DNA of 50,922 nucleotides from Tepidiformaceae bacterium (GTDB lineage Bacteria; Chloroflexota; Dehalococcoidia; Tepidiformales; Tepidiformaceae): NCBI GenBank assembly GCA_049662005.1, contig JBATAT010000081.1, positions 1 to 50,922 of the forward strand, read 5' to 3'. Shown piece by piece: positions 45,218 to 50,922 of this stretch (position 1 is its first letter; each line of letters starts with the position of its first letter). The notes under the pieces were generated by a model. It saw only the letters and a program-made list of their open reading frames with translations, ran no database searches and was not told where the DNA came from. The position numbers and the translations under genes were made by a program.

Positions 45218-46202
45218 ATCTGGCGGCTACCATCGCATAGAGGTCGTCGAGTGAAACGGAGCCGGGGTGTTCACCACTGGCCGCCATGCGCGTCGCCACC
45301 TCGCGGACGGTGGCGTTGTAGGGAGTAGGCACTCCGTTGAGAGCACCGATCAGTTCGATTTCGCCATTCAGGTAGTCCACCTCGGTCGTCTGGTGGCCGC
45401 GGAGCACGCTCTGGAGTGTGGAACTGGCCGAACGCTCTTCGCCACTCACGCGCTGCGCCTTGTAGTGGCGTGTTACGCGTTCGACGTAGGCATCGGGTTC
45501 GGTCGCAGCGATGCCTGCGGCTGCGTAGCAGGCCATCGCCTCAGCGCGCACGTTTTCGACGAATGCGCCGATAGCGCCGCCGGCGCCCCAGGCGTGCTGG
45601 CCGGTGATAACTTCGACTCCGTTGCCAAGATTCAGGATGAGCTTTCGATGCTTGAGTTGCATGACATCAGCGCTTGCGAGGGAGTGGAAGTGTGATTCGT
45701 TAATCGCGGAACACACCTGCGTGATCGTGTCGTCGATGCCGGAGGGATAGCGCCCCGCATGAAGGCAGCCACTGAGCGGGGCCGCCGCCGCCACAACCTC
45801 ACCAGGCACAAGGAAGGTGGCCGGGAGAGCGACGAGCATGGCATAAACGCTTTGGAAGCGGCGGGCGGCCAGGCGTTCATTTTCGATGCCGTTCTGGGCG
45901 CAAATTACGGGCACCGATGTACCGGCTGTCTTCTCCAGTTCTCGCAGGGCAGGCTCAGTATCCTGCGTCTTCATCGTCACGATGACGACATCGCCCGGTC
46001 GCCAATCGACCTCGCTGGGATGAGCTACGGCGGGGATAGATACGCGATGTTCGCCTTCGGGAGCTTTCAACAAGAGGCCGTTGGCACGAATCGCTTCGAG
46101 GTGCGCGCCGCGGCAGATGAGGACCACGTCATGGCCGCCAAGCGCGAGACGTCCGCCGATGGTGCAGCCAACGCCGCCCGCTCCGTAAATGATGAATCTC
46201 AC
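45210..46202 (-). CDS. Ketopantoate reductase (PanE/ApbA) family oxidoreductase
   Basis: IIYGAGGVGCTIGGRLA Rossmann N-terminus and the KHRKLILNLGN catalytic Lys/Asn segment. GTG start. Its 3' end overlaps the convergent methyltransferase by 8 nt. Confidence 0.8.
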   Translation of the reverse strand: MRFIIYGAGGVGCTIGGRLALGGHDVVLICRGAHLEAIRANGLLLKAPEGEHRVSIPAVAHPSEVDWRPGDVVIVTMKTQDTEPALRELEKTAGTSVPVICAQNGIENERLAARRFQSVYAMLVALPATFLVPGEVVAAAAPLSGCLHAGRYPSGIDDTITQVCSAINESHFHSLASADVMQLKHRKLILNLGNGVEVITGQHAWGAGGAIGAFVENVRAEAMACYAAAGIAATEPDAYVERVTRHYKAQRVSGEERSASSTLQSVLRGHQTTEVDYLNGEIELIGALNGVPTPYNATVREVATRMAASGEHPGSVSLDDLYAMVAARSS

Positions 46203-46261
46203 GAGTGAATGCCTCCGGCCGGCCGCGAAGTTGTTGCCGCCAGACTAGCACGGAGGAGGAG

Positions 46262-46807
46262 CTATCGCGGGGCTGTTGCGCTATCAGTGGCCGGGTTTTG
46301 GCGACCCGGCATAACCGTCATCGCGGCAAACTGCACGATGACCAGGCCGACGCCGGCGAAGAGGACGAAATCGCCCAGCGAATAGATATTCGGGCCATAG
46401 ACCGGCAGGTCCAGGACGTAGCGATCGGAGAGCGCGAAGAAGTGGATGTCATCCCGTTCGAGCACGACGTCCTTGCCGTGGTTGGTCTGCTTGCCGATAT
46501 CCTCGCGGGTGACTTCGGGAAAAGCCCCGGACTTTTCGAGGATGGTGTAATCGATCGGCATCGAACCCGAATGGGCCGCCATCGGAATAAGGTTGAGGAG
46601 AATCCCGAGAGCGACCAGCCAGGCGCCCCAGAATCGGCGTAGCTTCAGCGCCAGGAGCGCGAGGACGACGGTTGTGGAGAAGAAGAGCACCTGGCGAACG
46701 GTGCCGGAGGCGCCGTTCGGGGATAAATTGCTGATTGCCAGCTGCTGCGCGAAGAAGATGATTGCTGCGATCGCCAACACGACAGAATCGCCCGCATGGC
46801 TGACCAT
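46262..46807 (-). CDS. DUF5317 family membrane protein
   Basis: RRFWGAWLVALGILLNLIPMAAHSGSMP and YSLGDFVLFAGVGLVI match my recollection of the DUF5317 conserved blocks. ATG 46807 chosen. The ORF stays open to 47527 only because of high GC. Confidence 0.68.
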   Translation of the reverse strand: MVSHAGDSVVLAIAAIIFFAQQLAISNLSPNGASGTVRQVLFFSTTVVLALLALKLRRFWGAWLVALGILLNLIPMAAHSGSMPIDYTILEKSGAFPEVTREDIGKQTNHGKDVVLERDDIHFFALSDRYVLDLPVYGPNIYSLGDFVLFAGVGLVIVQFAAMTVMPGRQNPATDSATAPR

Positions 46808-46859
46808 GCGGGCGATTCGTCGCGGTGCTTGTCCTAGGGACACCACCGGCAATTCTTGC

Positions 46860-46946
46860 CTACCAGGACTGGAACGGCGCCGCACCAGCAAGTGCGATGG
46901 TTGCGAGTGCCGCAACAGCGACGAGTGAGGAAAGAAGTCGAGCCAT
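46860..46946 (-). CDS. Unannotated 28-aa signal-peptide-like ORF (hypothetical)
   Basis: ATG lies 9 nt after GGAGG. MARLLSSLVAVAALATIALAGAAPFQSW* has a basic n-region, a hydrophobic core and an A-L-A motif, leaving 8 residues. It sits between the big regulator and DUF5317 on the same strand. Confidence 0.35.
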   Translation of the reverse strand: MARLLSSLVAVAALATIALAGAAPFQSW

Positions 46947-46983
46947 GGTGGGGTCCCTCCAGCGGTTTTTGATCTGGGCGAAC

Positions 46984-47016
46984 AGTAAACCGATGGTTCT
47001 CGCGAAACTCTCGCGA
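46984..47016 (-). promoter_or_regulatory. Two TCGCGAG heptamers phased 11 bp apart plus a candidate -10 (possible SARP box/promoter)
   Basis: Minus strand reads TCGCGAG-AGTT-TCGCGAG-AACCATCGG-TTTACT. The repeats start 11 nt apart, and the 3' repeat ends 9 nt before the TTTACT hexamer, about 40 nt upstream of the 28-aa ORF. Confidence 0.35.
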
Positions 47017-47214
47017 GATGACAACGCACAAGCGTACGAACGTAATCTTTCCTTTCTGAGCACTCGCGACATCTGAAACGATCCCGCACCCGCGCGAGCG
47101 AGGCGGGGTGCCCGGCCAGGGATGCGACGACCCGAGGGGAGACGCCGGAGCGAAAGTGAATGCGAGCGTGGCGGTTCCGTAGTGCCCTCGGAGGAAGACC
47201 AGGCCGGGCGGGAA

Positions 47215-50200
47215 TTAGACGGCGATTCCGGCCGCGATCTCTGCGCGCAGTTCGCCGAAGCGCTGCGGCGGGTGTTCGCCGAACTCCTGGCTGTACGTCT
47301 GGTCGTACTGGTCGATGAACGTAAGCGCCTGGACGACCTGGCCAGCACGGCTTCGGTAGCGGGCGAACTGGTAGGCAGCTTCTTCGTTGAACTGGTTGGC
47401 ACGCAACACCCGTTCCATACAGAGGGCCGCGGATTCGAAGTCGTTTCGGCCCGCGAAGTAGCCGGCCAGCATCGCGAGGGATTCCTGCGCGCGTTCTTCG
47501 AGACGAGAGCGGACAGTGGCCGCCCATTCGGTCTGGAATGTGGTTGCAAACGGGCCGGAATAGAGTTCGACCGCCTGCTGCAGGGCGCTGGCCCGTTCCT
47601 TCGAGCCTTCGGGTGAGCGGTAGGCGGACTCAATCGCACCCTCGAACTGCGCGACGTCCCAATCGAATTCGCCTTCGGGGTTCAGCTGGTAGATGCCATC
47701 GCTGCCCTTGATCACACTGGATTGATAAAGCGCCCGGCGGACGCGGTAGAGGTTCGAGTGGAAGGCGCTGTTGCACTTTTCGCGTGGCAGATCGGGGTAA
47801 AGCGATTCGACGGCTTCTTCCTTGCGGAGGCCTGCACGGTTCGAAAGCAGCAGGAAGAACATCTCCTTCGCGCGCGCGCTCGCCCATGCCTCGTCGGAGA
47901 GTTCGGTGCCTGCGACTTCCACCGCCAGCCGACCAAGAGCGTGGGCGCGTACCGCGGGGAACCTGGCCGGCGCTGCATCGGGCTCGGCGCCCGCAACCGC
48001 CGCAGACTCGAAGCTGTGGCGTTCGAGGAGATCCCGGAAGGCGGCGCCGATGGAGTGCCGCGAGGCGGCCCACTGGGCGAACATCGGGTCTTCGCGAACG
48101 ATGGGAACGAGGGCGCCAGCCATCCAGGGTTCTGGCAAGGCCGCGGCAACATGCGCGAGCGACTGCTCCGCGTCGGGCCGTTTGCCGGATTTGAAGTTCG
48201 CCATGGCCACCCGGTAGTAGGCGGTTGCCACCTGCGGGAGGATGTCCATCTCGGTGAAGCCTTCGGCCGCTTCGTTCGCCGCTGTGATCGCAACCGCGTG
48301 GTTGCCGGCGGCGAAATCGACGGCTGCTTGCTGGAGCTTACAGATCGCGATTTCGTAGGCGTTGGCTGAACTCACCGCAACGAGGAGCGCACGCCGGGAG
48401 AAGAAGTCGGCCTGGGAAATATCGCCGGCACCAAGCAATGCGCCAGACAGGCCGGCGATCGAAAGGGCCGCGAGGGATTCATCCAGTGCGTCGGTCGCGC
48501 AGATGCGGATGGCCTCTTCGTAATGCACGCGGGCGCGTTCGAAGTGGCCAAGGGCGAGTTCGGCATCGCCAAGCGAGGCGGTAGCGTAGGCAACGTTCCT
48601 CTGGTTCGCGCAGTTGCGGCCCTCTTCGACAGCCTCCTGGAGCACTGTAGCGGCGCTGGTGAAGTCGCCTGATTGGACGTGGGCCATGCCGAGGTTGTTG
48701 AGCACCCAGCCGAGGTTCGAAGAGCCGCCGAGCGAGCGCCAGCCTCGGGCCGCACGGGTGAGAACGGTCACGGCTTCGGGAGCGTTACCACGCATCGCGA
48801 GTGCCTGCCCGAGCGTCGACCGGGCAAGCAGGCCGAGCGGTTCGAGGTGGCGGCGTTCGCAATCGGTAATCACGGCGCGAAGCCGGTCCTCCGCGCTGAC
48901 GAAATCTCGCTCGACGGAGAGTTCGAACTCGGCAAGGCTGTAGTTCGCTTCGGTCTGAAGGTCGGGTTCGAGTTCAGGTGAGAGTTCTGCAAGCTGGAGG
49001 GCGGCTTTGCGGGCTTCTTCGTAGCGGCCCATCAACCGTGCTCCGCGGATTTTCGCCATAAGGGCGTGGCCGTGAGCAGTGGCGCCAACCCTTGCGTCAC
49101 GAAGAAGAACGCTGGCCTTCCGCGTAGCGTCATCAGGATCGCCGACATGGGAATCGAGACGGGCAGACATTCCTCGGAGCAGCGGCCGGCGGCGAATCGT
49201 CGGTTCACCGATGCAATCGAACGCTCGTTGGAGGAGGGTGTTGCAGCCCTGGATGATGAGGCGGGGGCTGTGTTCTTCGAGGAGGGCTGCCAGTTGCTGC
49301 TCGGTCCCGCCGGAACGGGCGAACTCAATCGCCTCGGGGATGTCGCCGCTGGCAACAAGGTCGTCGACTACCAGTTGCAACGCTTCCGCATAGCCTTCCG
49401 GATCGAGTTCATCGAATTCGCTGGCGATGAACTGGCGAAGGAGCGGATTCAGACGGAATTCGACCGGGGAAAGCTGTTCGCAGAGGAACTCACGGGATTC
49501 CATCCAGGCAGCAATCGCTCGCCAGGCGCTGCGCCCGAATTCCATCTCGACACCAGAACGCGTGATGGACGGCTGCAGTGACAGCTGCCGGAGGGTGGCT
49601 TTCAGTTCACTCGGAACCTTCGCCCAGACTTCTTCCTGGAGATACTGATCGAAGGCGGCGCGGCTGGCGCCTTCGGGGTTGGTTTCGCAGGCCAGCGCCG
49701 CCATGACACCGACTGGCCAACCATCAGTGGAATCGAGGATCGCCTGGACGTCACGGTTGGGACTGACCTCGGCGACCAGGTGCTCCACCTCATCGCGGGT
49801 GAAGGCGAGTTCGGCGCTATCAATAAGGAGAACATCGCCGGTCGCGATATCGCCACTGAGCGACGGCAGGAAGGGGCGCTCGCGGCCGAGCAGCACGGCT
49901 TCGTTGCCTTCGGGCAGGCACTCGAGCAGCCAGGTGAGGAGGTTCGTCGCCTCGCGACAATCGATCAGTTCCTGGATGTTATCGACAACGAGCAAGAGTG
50001 GAAGCTCGGAATGAGCGATTGCGCGGTGCAATTCGGCGCCAAGGTAGGCCTGGAGGTCACTCGGCTTGAGTGCGGTCGCCGGAGGTTCCACATCGCTTTC
50101 GCCCGAAAGGGCGACGCCAAACTGGTGCGCCAGGACTTCGGGCGCGCCGGAAGTAGAATCGAGAGTCAGCCAGACGGGGTGGTAGTCGACATCGGCTGCG

Positions 50201-50355
50201 AACTGGGCGAGAAGGGTGGTCTTGCCGAACCCGGCGGGCGCCTCGACCAGGGTGATGCCGTTGCCCATCGCTCCGTGCAGGCGCTTCAAGAGGCGGTCGC
50301 GCTGGATGGCTCGCCGCGAGACCCTGGGAATCATGGTTCGGCCGATGAAGCTCAT
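47215..50355 (-). CDS. Large STAND-type regulator: MalT-like AAA ATPase, TPR-like repeats, then C-terminal OmpR-type wHTH and BTAD (SARP module)
   Basis: Walker A APAGFGKTTL and Walker B LLLVVDNIQE, followed by about 500 aa of helical repeats. The wHTH region is LGRLAVEVAGTELSDEAW...FHSNLYRVRRAL. The BTAD region is ELYSGPFATTFQTEWAATVRSRLEE...NEEAAYQFARYRSRAGQVVQAL. 1046 aa. Confidence 0.85.
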   Translation of the reverse strand: MSFIGRTMIPRVSRRAIQRDRLLKRLHGAMGNGITLVEAPAGFGKTTLLAQFAADVDYHPVWLTLDSTSGAPEVLAHQFGVALSGESDVEPPATALKPSDLQAYLGAELHRAIAHSELPLLLVVDNIQELIDCREATNLLTWLLECLPEGNEAVLLGRERPFLPSLSGDIATGDVLLIDSAELAFTRDEVEHLVAEVSPNRDVQAILDSTDGWPVGVMAALACETNPEGASRAAFDQYLQEEVWAKVPSELKATLRQLSLQPSITRSGVEMEFGRSAWRAIAAWMESREFLCEQLSPVEFRLNPLLRQFIASEFDELDPEGYAEALQLVVDDLVASGDIPEAIEFARSGGTEQQLAALLEEHSPRLIIQGCNTLLQRAFDCIGEPTIRRRPLLRGMSARLDSHVGDPDDATRKASVLLRDARVGATAHGHALMAKIRGARLMGRYEEARKAALQLAELSPELEPDLQTEANYSLAEFELSVERDFVSAEDRLRAVITDCERRHLEPLGLLARSTLGQALAMRGNAPEAVTVLTRAARGWRSLGGSSNLGWVLNNLGMAHVQSGDFTSAATVLQEAVEEGRNCANQRNVAYATASLGDAELALGHFERARVHYEEAIRICATDALDESLAALSIAGLSGALLGAGDISQADFFSRRALLVAVSSANAYEIAICKLQQAAVDFAAGNHAVAITAANEAAEGFTEMDILPQVATAYYRVAMANFKSGKRPDAEQSLAHVAAALPEPWMAGALVPIVREDPMFAQWAASRHSIGAAFRDLLERHSFESAAVAGAEPDAAPARFPAVRAHALGRLAVEVAGTELSDEAWASARAKEMFFLLLSNRAGLRKEEAVESLYPDLPREKCNSAFHSNLYRVRRALYQSSVIKGSDGIYQLNPEGEFDWDVAQFEGAIESAYRSPEGSKERASALQQAVELYSGPFATTFQTEWAATVRSRLEERAQESLAMLAGYFAGRNDFESAALCMERVLRANQFNEEAAYQFARYRSRAGQVVQALTFIDQYDQTYSQEFGEHPPQRFGELRAEIAAGIAV

Positions 50356-50460
50356 GAGGAAAAACCGCCCCTTCCGCGTAGGCGAAATTGCTGGCTCGAA
50401 TGATACGCCGATCCCGAGAGAAAACCAGCCTAAGTTTGCAAAATGTGGGGCGAACGCGCC

Positions 50461-50488
50461 TTGACCTTTGCACGGAACCGCGTGTTAT
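50461..50488 (+). promoter_or_regulatory. Possible sigma70-type promoter for the CAP-domain gene
   Basis: TTGACC, 16 nt, TGTTAT, located 39 nt upstream of ATG 50527. By eye only. Confidence 0.3.
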
Positions 50489-50526
50489 GGTCAGTCGCTA
50501 TCCAGCGCCCCCGCGGTTGGTGAAGT

Positions 50527-50922
50527 ATGTCCAAGATAATGCCCTCCAAACACCTCTCTCTCGCGAACGTGCTGCTCAGCGGCGCAGGGATCGTTGCCGT
50601 CCTGGCGGTGATGCTGGCACGGACCGGTTCGGCAGAAGCGATCGCACCCTGCGTACCACATTCTGCGACCGCCGACGAGTCGGCGTTTCTGCAAATGCTG
50701 CAGGGCTGGCGAGATGGGGCGATTCAAGGTTCACATCCCCTCACGCAATCTGCCCCGCTCAATGCAGCGGCGATGGGCTATGCCCAGTTCCTCGCGAACA
50801 CGCCCGGGGCCCATGGCCACGGAGCCGATAATGCACCGGGCTTCCCCTGGGCTACGCGAGCGGTCAACTGCGGCTACCCATCGAACCTTGCCGCGGGGGG
50901 AGAGGGGCTGGCCGTCCTCGAG
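50527..50922 (+). CDS. Secreted CAP/SCP (YkwD-like) domain protein, 5' partial (runs off the window)
   Basis: Not in the ORF track because there is no stop before the window end. The hand translation has a signal-anchor (LANVLLSGAGIVAVLAVMLA) followed by ESAFLQMLQGWR...PLTQSAPLNAAAMGYAQFLA...HG...CGY...GEG, the CAP-domain pattern. No in-frame stop over 132 codons. Confidence 0.6.
   Translation, partial: MSKIMPSKHLSLANVLLSGAGIVAVLAVMLARTGSAEAIAPCVPHSATADESAFLQMLQGWRDGAIQGSHPLTQSAPLNAAAMGYAQFLANTPGAHGHGADNAPGFPWATRAVNCGYPSNLAAGGEGLAVLE

Noticed and set aside
46262-47639. The 421-aa and 259-aa minus-strand ORFs spanning the regulator/DUF5317 gap, considered as real long proteins.
   Set aside because: Their upstream parts overlap the 3' end of the regulator gene in other frames and are Arg/Pro-rich. 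Only the last 181 codons (DUF5317) and possibly the last 28 codons (mini-ORF) look like genuine coding sequence.
47215-50355. The STAND ATPase as an anti-phage Avs/NLR-like defence protein.
   Set aside because: The C-terminus is a recognisable wHTH plus BTAD transcription-activator module, not a nuclease, protease or TIR effector. No other defence-type genes are adjacent.

Overview
This is a high-GC, densely coding bacterial chromosomal window. Many adjacent genes are translationally coupled through ATGA/GTGA/TAGTG start-stop overlaps. All family calls come from motif recognition by eye; no database search was possible.

(1) 1-20.4 kb is housekeeping. It holds hisA-hisH, ligA and a complete elongasome operon (mreB-mreC-mreD-PBP2-rodA). 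Lone metabolic genes follow: crotonase, NUDIX, SDR, a hemerythrin-like plus SAM-methyltransferase pair, and rhodanese. A Liv-type branched-chain amino-acid ABC importer comes next, and its operon runs without a gap into an alpha/beta hydrolase and a membrane-anchored sortase. The block ends at tRNA-Asp(GTC).

(2) 20.6-41.1 kb is an accessory-looking catabolic block with a near mirror-symmetric layout. Two convergent LysR-headed operons each encode a Tat-lipoprotein family-5 solute-binding protein and two DppB/DppC-like permeases, with no ATPase. CoA-dependent enzymes follow: three family III CoA-transferases, an acyl-CoA dehydrogenase, a crotonase and a double hotdog protein. MaoC-like hotdog genes flank the block divergently on both sides, and an aldo/keto reductase and a thiolase lie at the right edge.

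(3) 41.2-50.9 kb holds small stress-type genes: a low-affinity iron permease family protein, CsbD and an unannotated 49-aa tail-anchored peptide. It also holds a polytopic membrane protein, DUF4332, a PKMT-like methyltransferase, a ketopantoate-reductase-family gene and DUF5317. The largest gene is a 1046-aa STAND-ATPase/TPR/wHTH-BTAD regulator. Just downstream of it are an unannotated 28-aa signal-peptide-like ORF and 11-bp-phased heptamer repeats. This is my best candidate for an undescribed system, a peptide-linked SARP-type regulatory cassette, but it is an inference and not a demonstrated fact.

I saw no CRISPR array, transposase, integrase, rRNA or prophage gene.
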